A stretch of DNA of 64,000 nucleotides from NCBI RefSeq assembly GCF_032191835.1, contig NC_083237.1, positions 23,932,001-23,996,000 on the forward strand. The letters are read 5' to 3'. The translations under genes and the position numbers were made by a program. This DNA is from Heteronotia binoei (lineage: Eukaryota). Under the pieces are notes generated by a model that was given only the letters and a program-made list of their open reading frames with translations, was not told where the DNA came from and did no database searches. Below, one piece after another: positions 1-12,345 of the stretch; positions within the stretch are counted from its first letter, which is position 1; each line of letters starts with the position of its first letter.

Positions 1-399
1 TTCGGTATAATGTGCCAAGTCCCTTAAGTCGACTGGTGTCTCTTCTCCCAGCCCTTCAGACTTCTAGACCCACATCTTTCTTTCAACCACCTCTTTAGCT
101 CTTAAGAGAAGTGTCTCTGTGTCTGTGACCGCTCAGGTCTTTTACTGTGACTCTCCTTTAGGCACACTCAGCCCCTTGGCTGCCTTTATAGAGTGAACAG
201 TGAGCTTTGCTTCTCTCGAAGACTTTCCTCAGCTCCTGTTTCAGCTCCTTCTCAGACCAACTGCTCTCTTCAGCAGTCTCCCTCAGACTCTGTCACTAAC
301 TGCCCCCAGCTGTTAGCTGTCAATCACCTCTGAGAGTTCCGATCACCTGACGCAGGCTCTATGCATCGTTTTCTTGTTAACCCATTCATTACCGTCACA
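1..399 (-). mobile_element. Probable LTR (Gypsy/ERV-like), truncated by the window start
   Basis: The minus strand begins TGTGACGGTAATG at 399, a TG..CA-type LTR terminus. A TATA-like CTATAAAGGCAGCC lies on the minus strand at ~177-190. CT-rich LTR-like composition ends abruptly at 399. The other terminus is not visible. Confidence 0.45.
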
Positions 400-707
400 G
401 ATGGAAAGAAAACCATTTTGCTAATTATGCAGGAAATTCCAGAAGGGGATGGGGGAAAGGGAGGAGCTGGGGAAAGAGAAGCTTGGTATCATACATATGT
501 GTGATTCTCTGTCACAGACTTGAACTGCTTACATAAATATGCAATTTACTGCTATATGCAGGGCCAGCCCTGCCACTATGCAATTGTCTAGGGCAGAGTT
601 TTCCATTTGCAGGGTTGCGACCTGGTACTGAAACACGGAAGCCTCAATACTGAGTCACAAGAAAAGCCAAAGCTAGCCCTGCCCGCAGAAGAGCATGAGC
701 TCTGCTT

Positions 708-920
708 TGCTTCCTTCCTTTCCCATCTCTCTGTTGTGCAGAGAAAAGCTAGACTTGAAGACTGACACAGGCTGCAAAGCCTGAGCTGTTTTCCTTCCTT
801 CCATCCCCCAATGTCTCTGTGTTGTGCAGATAAAAGCTAGGCTTGAAGACTGACACAGGCTGCAAAGCCTGAGCCCTGTTTTCCTTCCTTCCATCCCCCA
901 ATGTCTCTGTGTTGTGCAGA
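708..920. repeat. Tandem repeat, 88-90 bp unit, ~2.3 copies
   Basis: GTTGTGCAGA recurs at 733, 821 and 911, with near-identical intervening sequence (AAAAGCTAG.CTTGAAGACTGACACAGGCTGCAAAGCCTGAG). Confidence 0.9.
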
Positions 921-1248
921 GAGGAGCTGGACTGCCCCCCCACCCCAGTGTTTGAGAGAAAAACCAGAGTCCATTGGCACTTTAGACCCATTAAGTGTTT
1001 TTCAAGGTATGAGCTTTCATGTACCTTGCAGTATGTTCTTTTGGGAAGATTTTCCTGGGAGGCCTGGGCAGCAAAGAAGGGAGGGGGAATGTTTTTTTTC
1101 CCAGCCAGGAGGGGCAGGGAGTGAGCATTCCAGTTTTTTTTTTTTTTTACTAAACGACCCCTGGGCAGAATTGTTGCTGGCTGTGGTCATCTGATGGTGA
1201 GTAAGGCTTTATTTTTTCTTTGTCCCCCCTTCTTTCTTTCATTCCCTG

Positions 1249-1400
1249 CAAGTGATGCTCTGTCTGTATTCTTGGTGCTGGGGGGGGGGGAGCAATAGTG
1301 GGAGGGTTTCTAGTGCCCTGGCTCCACTGTGGACATTCTAGTGCTTTTTGGACTGGATGGTCCACTGGCCTGATCCAACATGGCTTTTTTTATGTTCTTT
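1249..1400 (+). mobile_element. CR1 LINE 3' UTR fragment
   Basis: Same sequence (GTGATGCTCTGTATTCTTGGTGC...GGACTGGATGG.CCA.TGGCCTGATCCAACATGGCT) follows the CR1 ORF2 end at 11050-11240. Confidence 0.75.
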
Positions 1401-3324
1401 CTTTCCATGTCTTTTTCTTCCCTTCCCTTTCATTCTTTCCCTTTCTTTCTTTCCTTCCATTTTTACTGGATGAAACTTTTCTATTCATCATACTGTTGTT
1501 GCAGACATAGAAGTTCTGCCAATGAATAGTTGGCACCCTCAGTTGGCCTTTCTATGAGATTTCTGTGTGAGTGAGTGAGAGATGTGGGGCAGAAAGAAAT
1601 TATTGGAGATTGCTGTATATCTCAACAGCACTGGAAGTGATGGCACTATGAATTTGGCACCATTTTACTGGTCCTGCTTTTAACAGCTGTCTGACACCAA
1701 AATTAAACTCATCCTGTAGATATTAAAAAGGATGAAAGGAGTTCATTGGCTAAATATCTTTACAACAGGTTGCTTTTAAAGGCATGGGAAATACAGCCAG
1801 TAAAAAGCTGCAAGCCCCTTATAAATATCCTTTTGGGGATAACTGCAGAAAAGCTTGTATGAACTTCGTATAACTTGAAATTAATTCATTAATTGCAGTA
1901 CAATTCTCTGCTATCTTTCACAACAATTTCCCACATTTCAGCCAAAGAAAAGTATGAAAAATAGCTGTCACAAGATTTTCTTGAAACCAAGCAAGCTTGG
2001 TAGTAGCTTGAGGCAGGGTTCCAGTAGTAGCAGCTGAAGGAAGGGCCTACTAAATGTGTCAGCATATTTTGAGGTAGAGCAGCTGCCAGGGCCCAATGTG
2101 GGTGGTACACAGTGCTGGCATTCCTGATGGCAATGGCAACAGCACTCCCAACTGCATACACTGGCCAGTGCTGTTGAGGAAGGGGTGTGTAGGTGGTGCA
2201 GGCAACTGAACATGGGCATTAGGAGTGCTTGCAAGCTGGAGAAGAATACACAAACAGATAGGTGCATGCAGGTGTGGGGGTGGAAAGAGAGAACCCTGGG
2301 AACGCATGAAAAAGTTGCAGACCACCCACTTTCCACCCCCATTTTGGCTTAGCATGAGTTTCAAAGAGATTTTTCTGCAAATTAAGTTACTTCAGAAAAA
2401 GAGGCAGGTTTGGGGGAGTGTCCTGGAAGTGACATCACAGGAAGAGGTGCAGCTTTGGTTCAGTGTGCCCCACAAGTGACATCACTTGGCCCTTGACCTG
2501 GATGTGACACCACGGGAAATTACATAATTGCTGTCTCCCAGTTCCACCCCAGTCTCCTGGCTGCACCCCCGAATTTTAGTGGGCCATGAAGAAGTGTAAA
2601 AATTACCAGGTAATTGGGGGCGGGTAGTTTGAGAAACCCTGCTCTAGGACACCAGCGTTCTGGGGTCACCAAATTGGGTGCCCCCATGTGACTTGGTGAC
2701 ATTATCAATAGCGGGGGGGGGGGGGGGACCAGAAGTTAGCCTTGCCTAGGGTGCCAGAGAATCTACAGCTGGCCCTGGCTATATGTGGCTAAATTCTGTC
2801 TGGATCTACAGCTTTTTAATTTATTCCCCATTTTCTTCCTAATTTACCCCTCGTTGATCTTGTTGCTCTTTGGGGACTATATTTTGTAGTGTGCAGCAGG
2901 TATTAAGACAGAGGGCCTGTAAGACAGAGTTGTTCCACCAGGCCTTTGGCTGGGGCAGCAGGTATCCAGGTATAGCAACCTCCCCAATTCCACCCATCCC
3001 TTCATTCCATTTTAATCATTCCATGTTCCAGTCATCTCCAATCAACTCTTCCAACTGGGCATACACATAGCATCCTCTGGAAAGCTTCTGTATTTATTTA
3101 TTTATTTAGCCATCTTGTGGTGATGCTGTTGGGGTTTTAAATAGGATTATTGTTTTGAGTATTTAAAAATGTTTTTACTCTGTTGAATTTTGTTGTAAAC
3201 TTTGCAGGGAAGGGCAGGTTAGAAATATAATAAAATAAAAAAATTGAACGTGCAGCTGATGTTCATTGAATCATAACATGATGTCAGATGCAAGGCTCTG
3301 AGCCTGCAATGGGCCTTTGGGGAT

Positions 3325-3503
3325 CTCATGAAACTGCCTTATACTGATTCTGTTAAGATCAGTATTGTCTACTCTGGCAACATTTCTCCAGGATCTCCGC
3401 TTGAGGTCTTTCATCTCACTGACAACCTGATCCTTAATTCTGGGGAATCCAGAGGCTGAGCCCAGGATCTTCTGCACACAGATCTTCTGTTGCTGAGCCA
3501 TGA
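3325..3503 (-). mobile_element. tRNA-derived SINE (same family as 14034-14236)
   Basis: The reverse complement has a TGGCTCAG A-box head and a body matching the 14034 copy. Confidence 0.6.
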
Positions 3504-3758
3504 CCCCCCAACCCTGACTCTTGGCCCCCTTACTGCATTCCATCCCAATTAAACACTTTCAAGGCCAGATTCCCAATGATTTTAGTAGGGCAAAGGTCCT
3601 GATTTGTTGATGGCTATTATTCATCAAATTGTAGGAGAATTGACTTATTTCTCTTGAAAAATTGCCATTCAACTGCTGGGTGAAGAATTTGGTCCTCTAC
3701 ATTGTTTCAGCATTTCATTTTCAATATAGATGTATGTTTCCATGCCTTATGTGACAAC

Positions 3759-3945
3759 CAATGTTCCCTCTAAGCTGTGGAGTCTTGTGAGAAAATTTTA
3801 CTTTGTGAGCTACTGACATTAAAGTTGTGAGCTACTGCATAAATTAGTTTGCTCTAGGGTCATTTTTCCTGAGCTGAGACAAAAATGTGTGAGCTGTAGG
3901 CTAAAAAATTGTATGCTAGCTCAGACTAACTCAGAGGGAACACTG
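3759..3945 (+). mobile_element. hAT-type MITE (family A)
   Basis: TIRs CAATGTTCCCTCT / AGAGGGAACACTG. Perfect 8-bp TSD GTGACAAC at 3751-3758 and 3946-3953. 8-bp TSDs are characteristic of hAT elements. Confidence 0.85.
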
Positions 3946-3989
3946 GTGACAACCTGCATCTTTACTACAGTGTGCTAAATTGCACTAGA

Positions 3990-4125
3990 AAACAGTCAGT
4001 CCGGTAGCACCTTATACACTTAACAAAATTTATCTCATACTCTACCACAAATTGTATTAGTCATTAAGGTGCTACTGGGCTCCTGCTCTTTTCTGCTGCT
4101 ACAGACAAATACCGCTACTCCTCTT
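3990..4125. mobile_element. Compact Penelope-derived inverted repeat
   Basis: AGTCCGGTAGCACCTTA (3998-4014) and TAAGGTGCTACTGGGCT (4065-4081) are inverted copies of the Penelope terminal motif seen at 24164-24480 and 52020-52235. Confidence 0.55.
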
Positions 4126-4239
4126 AATTTGCACTGTAGCAGCACGAAGTTTGTTTACATTAAGGAAAATAAATGGTTATGAAATGGCATGTGGCGATGT
4201 CTGTTAAGGGCCACGTCACTCACATGCCCCCACAACACG

Positions 4240-5300
4240 CATACACTGATACTTCCGTCCCATAATACTCTCATAGCTCTGCACAACCCCTTGACCAGAC
4301 TCTGGGGTCACCCTCAGGGAATTTCTTCCTTTAGCTTCTCATCAGTTTCTCCCCAATTATTTTCCATGGCAGTTTCCTCTGGCGTTGACAGTTGCCCAGC
4401 AGGCGGAAATACAGCAGCAACCTGACGTTTCCCGCGGCTTCCATCTCACCGCCATGCTAATGAACAGTTTCTCCTACTGAAATTCTGCCCGCTACACATA
4501 TTAGTAAAGCCCAGCCAAGCTTCAAGACACTACAAGGCTTTTGATTCTGCACTGAGATGATGCATACTTTTCTCGCACTAAATAGCATTTGAAGGCGAAT
4601 ACCACCGCAACGGCTTATGGGTAAAGTGAAGGCAAGCGGACACGCGCAAAGGACTCCGGGAAGCGAAGCTAAGGGGAGGGGGCAGGTGGGGGCAGAATGC
4701 GCAGAGGGTTGTGGGTACACGGGAGCGCAGGAAACGGGGCTCTTGCTTGGGAGGGAGGCTTCCGGTTCCGGTCGGGCCTGTGAGAGCTGCAGCCTGGCAG
4801 TGCCCCCCTGCCCCCCCACCCCAGAGGGACCAGCGACGCTCCCCGCATATCCTGGGGGCAAGGCAAAGGCCTGGGGGCTTCCCCCGACTCCAATCCTGCT
4901 GCACAGGGAACAGCCCCTACCCGGGGCGCAGAGGAGGCTGGGGCAGCGCCACATACCGGTGAGTGCCATCCTAGAGCCAGTCCTGCCCTAGAAATTGCCT
5001 CCCCTCACATACCGTATTGCGAGCGAAAATCCTTGCAACCCCCCCCCCCCCCTCCGATAACGCCCTTTGACTTCCGCCTCTCTTCAGTAGCCCCACCCCT
5101 GGCTACTCTGAGAACCCGCCTGACCGATCCGGTCGACCCTTTCCCCCAGTAGTCCCTCTGCTCATCCTTTCGCCAGGGTGATATATATCCCCTTTGCCAT
5201 CTCCCTGTTTCCAGTCCATACTCGAGCCCACCATTGGAAGATCTATTTTCTCTTCCCCCACCCCCTCCCTCCCTGCTGCGTTGCCACCCGGAAAGGTTTC
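4240..5300 (+). promoter_or_regulatory. ZNF865: CpG-rich promoter and non-coding exon 1 of ZNF865 (candidate donor CCG|GTGAGT, exon end 4958)
   Basis: High CpG density. ETS-type motifs (ACTTCCGT 4252, GCGGAAAT 4403, TTCCGGTTCCGG ~4761, ACTTCCGC ~5070), TGACGT and TTTCCCGC (CRE/E2F-like, 4423-4435). Consensus donor at 4959. It is the nearest island upstream of the ZNF865 acceptor at 14345. Confidence 0.65.
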
Positions 5301-5406
5301 GGCCTCTCGTCTCTCAGAACTTTATAGGGTAGCATAGAATTAGGTTGCTTCCCAAACTGCTGATCTACATAAACACATACAACTCTGCCTTTCTTAGAGT
5401 CCAATA

Positions 5407-5639
5407 CAGGGGTGGCCAAACTGTGGCTCAGGAGTCACACGTGGCTCTTCTACATATATTGTCAAAACGCCAGTGTTTATTGTCCAATGTCCATTGTCAA
5501 AACTCCAATGTTTATTCATTTTTTATTGTTTTAGTCTTGATTGTTGTGAGCCACCCTGAGCCTGCTTCGGTGGGGAGGGTGAGATATAAATCCAAGAAAT
5601 AAAATAAAATAAAATAAAATAAAATAAAATAAAATAAAA

Positions 5640-5670
<31 letters not shown>

Positions 5671-5926
5671 ATATATTCTGTGGCTCTCAGAAGTCCCCAC
5701 TGCCCCATTGGCCAACTTGGAGAAGTAATTTCTCTCTTTAAATCTCTGCTCCAAACCAGCCAGCAGCTTGGAGAATGCGGTTAAAGATGCTTTCTTTCCA
5801 CCTCTCCCCCCATATATTTGCTTTCTTTCTACCTTTCTTTCAATTTTTCTTCCCTCCCTTGTGGCTCTCAAACATCTGACATTCATTCTATGTGGCCCTT
5901 ATGTTAAGCAAGTTTGTCCACCCCTG
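5407..5926 (+). mobile_element. hAT-type MITE (family B) interrupted by a SINE tail and microsatellite
   Basis: TIRs CAGGGGTGGCCAAAC / GTTTGTCCACCCCTG. TSD GTCCAATA / GTCCAGTA (7/8). Same family as the clean copy at 56364-56565. Confidence 0.8.
5597..5671. repeat. (AAAAT)n(AAAT)n microsatellite, a retroelement tail
   Basis: Directly visible. It follows the SINE-tail-like GAGCCACCCTGAGCCTGCTTCGGTGGGGAGGGTGAGATATAAAT. Confidence 0.95.
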
Positions 5927-8355
5927 GTCCAGTATCTGCTCTCCTCCCCCCTCAGTTCAGTTTAATCTGTTTGGTATCCTTTTATAAAGCAAAACCAGCT
6001 TTTTCATTTTTGTTTCCAGAAAAAACTGTACTTTATTTTATCACAAACTTGTTTAGTCTCATAACCCTGTCAGTATAATAAAGGATCCTCTGCTGTTTCT
6101 TAAATTCAGTGGGCACAATTTGATTGTCTACTCCCATCTTTCCAAATGCTAGATAAAGTAAAAGGTGTTGCCTCGACCTCCCTGATTCCCCACCCCCATC
6201 TTACCCTTTAGTTCTACCCACACCTATACATCAGCAGGAGGGAACTGTGTCCCTCATGGATATTTCTTGCCTTCTTGTAGGAAACACCTTTCCTGATTGG
6301 CTCAATTCCTAACTACAGTTATCCTTCATGTTTCAATGTTCACATTGTCTCCATCCTTGGTTAAAAAAATAACCTCCTATCCATTCCTCCAGCATTCTCC
6401 ATATTCATAGAGCTCTTATATATTTTCCCCATTACTGTGATCCCACACTGCGGCATCTCCTGTCTGTTTCTGTGACTCTGCCAGCCTCTGTCAACATCAA
6501 GCCGTCTCTGTCTCATTCTGTCAAGTGTGAGAAGTCGCCCCATTCGTGGGAAGTCGCCCCACTCGTATTTCATCAGAAGCATCCAAAGTGCTCTCTGCTG
6601 CCCCCTCCCCTAAAAAACCCAGCTTTACACAGGATCAGGATAGCTCTTTGTGGTGCAGAATTTGGGCTACATTCTGTGACTTTTATTAATTGAGCAAATT
6701 TGCATGCATTTTCTTAATTCTTTATTCTGCTCTGCTAGTCATTGAGGGGAGAGGTCAAAGAGCTATGGACCGCACTGTAGTTTTGCCCCCCTGTGTACTA
6801 GGAACTGTTGCATCAATCCAATACTGGCTTTTGATACTTGATTGAGCATTGGCCACACGCTGTCTTACTGCATTAGTCTTTATCCAGATGAAAGATGCAG
6901 TTTCCCCTGGAAAGTATTGCCTCACAGATTACCCCTTTCTCAAACATTATACTTTTGAGGTAGCATGGTTCCTGTGACACATGTGCATTGCCCCAGTTCT
7001 GCATACTTGAATTAGTGGAGAATTAGCACGCAGTTCCTGAACTGGAAAATGTACACTGTAAATAGCAATAAACATGGGGACCATCTCTTGGCATTTTAAT
7101 GTTTTGTGTTGAGCAAGAAAACTCCCAAGGATTTGTTATCTAGAAGTGCAGGAGGAAACTGGCAATGGAGCATGTTGCTTGGGTGCCAGTTATCTAGGGA
7201 ACCAGAATAGACTTGGGGACACAACCCAGAAACCATTGTTTCAAGCCCTGCGTGCTTCAATTAATGCAGTAGATCCCATTCTCTCTCTCAAGGACTGTGG
7301 AATCAGATATCCCATCCTCGAGTGCTTCTCATTTTGGAATACTTGGTTCCTGGCTGTCCTGCTTCCACTTTCATGTCTCCAAAGGAATGGGAGCTCTTGC
7401 AGCCCCGTCACACCCTGCTGAAACAACAAATGCCCCTGGGGCTCTTCCCTTTTGTAGACCTTTCTTTACCATTGCCTTCCTTGTCAACTTTGCTTTCTCC
7501 CTTCCCCTTGTCTGTAATCATGTTGTTGCACTCCTTACTAAGTCCATCTGATGTTACAGCTCAGTTCTTCCGTTTAAGTGTTTGTGTTGTTACTCTTTTT
7601 TTAAATACAGCTACAGTATAGGCATCGTATAATTTCTTTGCTTAGTATAGCTCCTAGTATATAGTTGGCATTATATTAAGGCTGTTATTTAAAGGAACCC
7701 AGGAATTCTGGGTTCCTTTAAATTGTTGCCTTACATTGTTGCCTGTGGCAATGTTCTCTACCCTGCTCCTTTATTCAGCAGAAATCTTGGAAACCTGTTC
7801 CCAAGCATTCATCTGCCGCATTGTAACTCATTGCATTGCCATTGACTGCTCTTTACCACTGGGGGCATCAGTCATGCTCCAGAATTCTGCCAGTTTTAAT
7901 TTAAAGCAGTTTTCCAGTGGTTGAGATTAGGATAAAAGTGGTTGGTGCTAATAGTGTTTTTTAGTAAGTTGTTACTAGACTCAAATCTTGCACTTCAACA
8001 TATTGATGTCATACATGTGGGAAGCAGTTTGGGAATCTTTTTATGTTTCCTAACTTTAAAAAAAAATCTTTTGATAGTGAAAAGCTGGGGAAAATAGTTG
8101 TAACCCAAGATTTTGCTAGGCATCTGTAGGTGGGCATGCCAGCATAGGTGGCTGTAAAGTCAGTATAGAAGAATGCTGAAATTGGCTTCAGGAGAAAGGA
8201 CAAAGATGGCAGAATCAATCAAGAATGTTATATGTTTGATCCTATGTATTCATCAGATTATAGACTGTAATGGTCCCCTGCCCCTTTCTGGCAGGAATTT
8301 TGGACTAGTTCACATTAGGCTACGTCTGTGAGAATGCAGTTCTTTACAAGAGCAT

Positions 8356-8431
8356 AAAATCCACACACAGATCCCCATCATGTGAAGGGGATCTGTGTGT
8401 GGATTTTGATGGGGATCTGTGTGTGGATTTT
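8356..8431. repeat. Perfect 21-bp inverted repeat with 10-nt loop and a tandemly duplicated right arm
   Basis: AAAATCCACACACAGATCCCC (8356-8376) is the exact reverse complement of 8387-8407 and again of 8411-8431. Confidence 0.95.
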
Positions 8432-10423
8432 GTTCAGTATGTACACACCAAGAGGCTGTAGCCAAATGAAGCTTCTCACAGTGTGTACATGAAGCTTAAC
8501 TCAGGTGTTTCTGATCCATTATATTTCACTGCATTTGGCTATGGCTCCCAGCAAAGCAAATTGATATATTGCTCACAGCACTCTTCATAAGGATTTCATT
8601 TTTTCTCTTGGAGAGAAGGGCTTTCCATGCAGTAACAGCCTGTCATATAAGACCCTTGAGAAAGGAGGGTGGGGGAGACAAGACCAATGTAGCCTTATGT
8701 AACTTGGACCCTTTGCATCTCAATATCACATTTAAAGAGGATGAGCATTTTACTACAGGGTAGCTTTTAGTAGTAGGCATGGATAGGCCCATATGTCGTG
8801 CCAAGCCATGTGGTAACATGTTCTGGAAAACATCTGCACTAGATGAGAAATCTGGGCTGAAAGTAAAATTCTCCTTTCTGTATAGAAGGGAAGTTTCGGA
8901 TAAATCGTTTCTCATACGGCTGTATTTCTGCACCCTGTTCACCCACAATGTGCTTTCCTAATGGTGCTACCCATGTACTGAACTGTACTTCCTGGAACTC
9001 CCTAGATCATTATTGGAGCCTTAACCCGCAGCGTATGCTGAAAGCCCAATTTTCTGTTGGGATGGACATGTTGGTGGCTAGAGTCAAGCTAACAAGGTGG
9101 ATATGTGGTTATTTTACTTTTTGATGACATTTTCTGTAGACATTTTGGCTTGGATCCTATGATTAAGTTCCACATGCACTAAAACAGCCTCTGTGGGGGA
9201 GTGCGCTTCCTCTTCCACTAGTACATTTGCTTATGCAAGGGCTCACAGAAAACGATTAATCTTGCACAAAGTAACAGCAGAAGATGAAGCATGCTCCATG
9301 GCAGAGGCCCCCTTAGCGCTCTTGGAACTTACTTTGGGGTTAATTCTGGTGAGCTACTGTGAATGTTTGGTACTTGGTGAAGGGGCAGAAATTCAGTGAA
9401 TAAATATGAGCTTTTGATGATGTCTACTGTGCGGTTCTTCCTGACCCTGTAGGAACCCCAAGCTTCAGTGCTTCTGCTGAACTTCTCCTGGATCACCATG
9501 ATGTCATTTGATTTATTAGTTAATTTGCCTCCTTCTCCTTCCCCTCTTCTACAAGCTTGCATAGCCTGATCATTTAGCTCCTACTTAGACTGTAAGCTTT
9601 TTAGGAATCAGTTGAATTCATTTGTAAGCCCTATTTAGGGTCCAGTATGCTGTTGGCACTGATTTTAAGTGGTTAACCCTACTGGTAGAAGTCGCAGGTG
9701 CTTTGAAAGCAAAACTACTGAGAAGGTTGCTGCTTCAGTCCACTGATTGTCAAAGTAACAACTGACCCATTATCTTGGGACCAAATATTCTAGAAGTCTG
9801 CCATTCTTATTTCATTACTTAGGAAGGGCTAGAAAGAAAGTCATTTTCTTTCCTTGTCCTGCAGCATTGAGAAGCAGACCTGACCCAATAGCTGCTAGCA
9901 AAACATTTCCTCCTGGCCACTTGCTGTAACTACAGGCATCTCCAAACAGGAAAGGTTGCCTTGCTGCTCACCTTAGTACCATTTCCTTTAAAAACTGGCT
10001 TCAGGGTTGAGTTTTGGTTTTTTTTAATGTTTTTAATTTCATTTTTAAAATGGTATTTGTGGGCTGACTCTTGAGTTCTAGCTTAAAATTCCGAAGAACT
10101 GGACAATGAATTATTTGCATTGATTAGAAACCTTACCTAACATAAAATTATAATAATTCATTGTGAATTTTTTTAAAAGTAATTGTTTTACAATAAGGTA
10201 GCTAACGTTTTTGTAACTAGGGTAAGTATCTAATCTGTTGAAATTATTAAAGTGTTTTTTTGTGTGTTCTAATAAAGTTAATGCTTTTAAGCTATATAAA
10301 GCAGCACTTCACCCATCAGCTGACAAAGTTTTCTTTGATGTTAGCACCTATTGTGAATGGCCAGCTCTGCTTTTACATAGAATGACAATGAATGTTACAG
10401 GGAAAGTAGTGAAAAGTGCCATC

Positions 10424-10579
10424 CAGTTGCAACCAACCCATGGCAACCCTGTAGGGTTTTCAAGGGAATAGGCATTCTGAGGTGGTTTGCCATTGCCTGC
10501 TTCTGCATAGCAACCCTGGCTTCCAAGTGCTACCCAAAGCTGCCTCTGCTGCCCCTCAGATATAATAAGATCAGGCTAG
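10424..10579 (-). mobile_element. 5S rRNA-derived SINE, degraded
   Basis: Reverse-complement match to the family body (GAGGTGGTTTGCCATTGCC, GCAACCCTGTAGGGTTTTCAAGG) seen at 41690, 43825 and 57680. Confidence 0.6.
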
Positions 10580-11240
10580 TGTGGTCTCATTTGGAATACT
10601 GTGTACAGTTCTGGTCACTGCACCTCAAAAAGGATATTATAGCATTGGAAAAAGTCCAGAAAAGGGCAACTTGAATGATTAAAGATTTGGAACATTTTCC
10701 CTATGAAGAAAGGTTAAACCGCTTGGGGCTCTTTAGCTTGGAGAAACGTCAACTGCGGGGTGACATGATAGAGGTTTACAAGATTATGCATAGGATGGAG
10801 AAAGTAGAGAAAGAAGTACTTTTCTCCCTTTCTCACAATACAAGAACTCATCGGCATTCAATGAAATTGCTGAACAGTCAGGTTAGAACGGATAAAAGGA
10901 AGTACTTCTTCACCCAAAGGCTGATTAGCATGTGGAATTCACTGCCACAGGAGGTGGTGGCAGCTACAAGCATAGCCAGCTTCAAGAAGGGATTGGATAA
11001 ATATATGGAACAGAGGTCCATCAGTGGCTATTAGCCACAGCATATTGTTGGAACTGTTTGGGGCAGTGATGCTCTGTATTCTTGGTGCTTGGGGGGGTGG
11101 GGGGGGCAAAGTGGAAGGGCTTCTAGCCCCACTTGTGAACCTCCTGATGGCACTTGGGGTTTTTTGGCCACTGCGTGACACAGAGTGTTGGACTGGATGG
11201 GCCATTGGCCTGATCCAACATGGCTCTCTTATATTCTTAG
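10580..11240 (+). mobile_element. CR1 LINE, 5'-truncated (ORF2 C-terminus plus 3' UTR)
   Basis: The translation [63 protein letters not shown] is the canonical CR1 RT C-terminus. It contains an internal stop and is followed by the family 3' UTR. Confidence 0.92.
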
Positions 11241-11284
11241 CATGTGTCATCCAGGGATACAGGTGGTGAAATAAAATAAAACCT

Positions 11285-11740
11285 TTTTTCCAAATCCAGT
11301 GGCACCTTAAAGGCTAACAACACTTATTCCAGCATAAGCCTTCATGAGTCAGAGTTTCCTTTGTCAGATGCACAAAATATTCATCCATAAGGCAGACACA
11401 TTTATACTGAAAGCTACAAACTAAAGAAAACTGGGGCAGTGGGAGATATTACAAAGAGAGGCCAGTTTAAAACAAGATCCAGTCAGAAGGATAATCAATC
11501 TACTCTGAGTGAGTGAGAATCACTCCCAGCTGGTGGTAGATGGACAAAGTAGATTTAATGGAAAGTCAAATCTAATTTAGGGAAGTGCAGGATGAAACCT
11601 AAAGAGATCCAGTTAGAAAAGCATAACTGAATTTATTAATGTGTATGTGCTGGGATTGGCTAAGATGTTTGCACCTATTGTGAATGAGAAATCACATTTC
11701 CTTGTTCAGGCCAGGGAAGTGGGGTGGAAGAGATAGTGTT
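11285..11740 (-). mobile_element. Penelope-like element remnant
   Basis: Terminal motif CCAGTGGCACCTTAAAGGCTAACAAC...GTCAGATG at 11297-11370. The reverse complement near 11690-11740 (GGCCTGAACAAGGAAATGTGATTTCTC) resembles the Penelope post-GIY-YIG segment at 49780-49810. Confidence 0.55.
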
Positions 11741-12199
11741 GATGACCCCAAGGGATATGGGGTGGTTACGGTTCCTGGTGTATTGGCTAGGCATGTAATA
11801 AATCATCCATCAATATCTTTAGTCCTATACATTAGCTTCTTCGATACATCTTTAGTTTGAGCTATCTTTACAGTCTTGAACCAGAAGGGTAGATTTCTAA
11901 TGTCATGTGAAACAAAAAAAAAAGTATTTGAAAAGGTGCAGGGGAGAATTGCATTGCTGAATCACACCAAAGTTCCAACTAGATCAATTATAACTGTTGC
12001 AGTAGCCTACCAAAAATTGCAAGCAAGGCATGATAAGTGATAACCATACTTTGTTTGGCTACTGTGTTTGGGAAATGGAGGTGTAGTACCACTGGACACA
12101 TCGGTACTGTTTTTAGCTGTTAGGCTTACCTGCATTGATGATAGACTCCTGAAATTGGGGAACAGGCGAAATTACCCTGTACTGTGTCATTAGTCCATC

Positions 12200-12345
12200 T
12201 TGCCCCATATTATTTACTCTGACAGACAGTGGCTCTCCATGGTCTTAGATGGAGGCCTATTGCATTGCCTACTACCCAGTTCTTTAGTGGAAGATTAAAG
12301 TTGGGACCTTCTGCGTGCAAAGCAGATGTTCTTGTTACTGAACAA
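12200..12345 (-). mobile_element. tRNA-derived SINE, degraded
   Basis: Reverse-complement similarity to the 14034-14236 copy (GGGACCTTCTGCGTGCAAAGCAGATG). Confidence 0.55.

Noticed and set aside
708-920. CRISPR-like or regularly spaced repeat
   Set aside because: The units are contiguous tandem duplicates with no unique spacers, in a vertebrate context.
2713-2728. Long G/C homopolymers as functional G-quadruplexes (also at 22858, 52880 and others)
   Set aside because: They are frequent throughout the window, often inside repeats, and their length is prone to sequencing error. There is no locus-specific support.
4457-4991. 100-170 aa ORFs in the CpG islands (also at 28818-29614 and 46168-47037)
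   Set aside because: Stop-poor GC-rich sequence produces such ORFs on both strands, and none shows a recognisable protein motif.
5512-5886. ORFs with (YLFI)n/(FYFIL)n repeats
   Set aside because: These are translations of the (AAAT)n/(AAAAT)n microsatellite.
5973-5982. U12-type donor-like GTATCCTTT (also ATATCCTTT near 1824)
   Set aside because: A 9-mer is expected by chance in 64 kb, and there is no associated exon or U12 branch point/acceptor pair.
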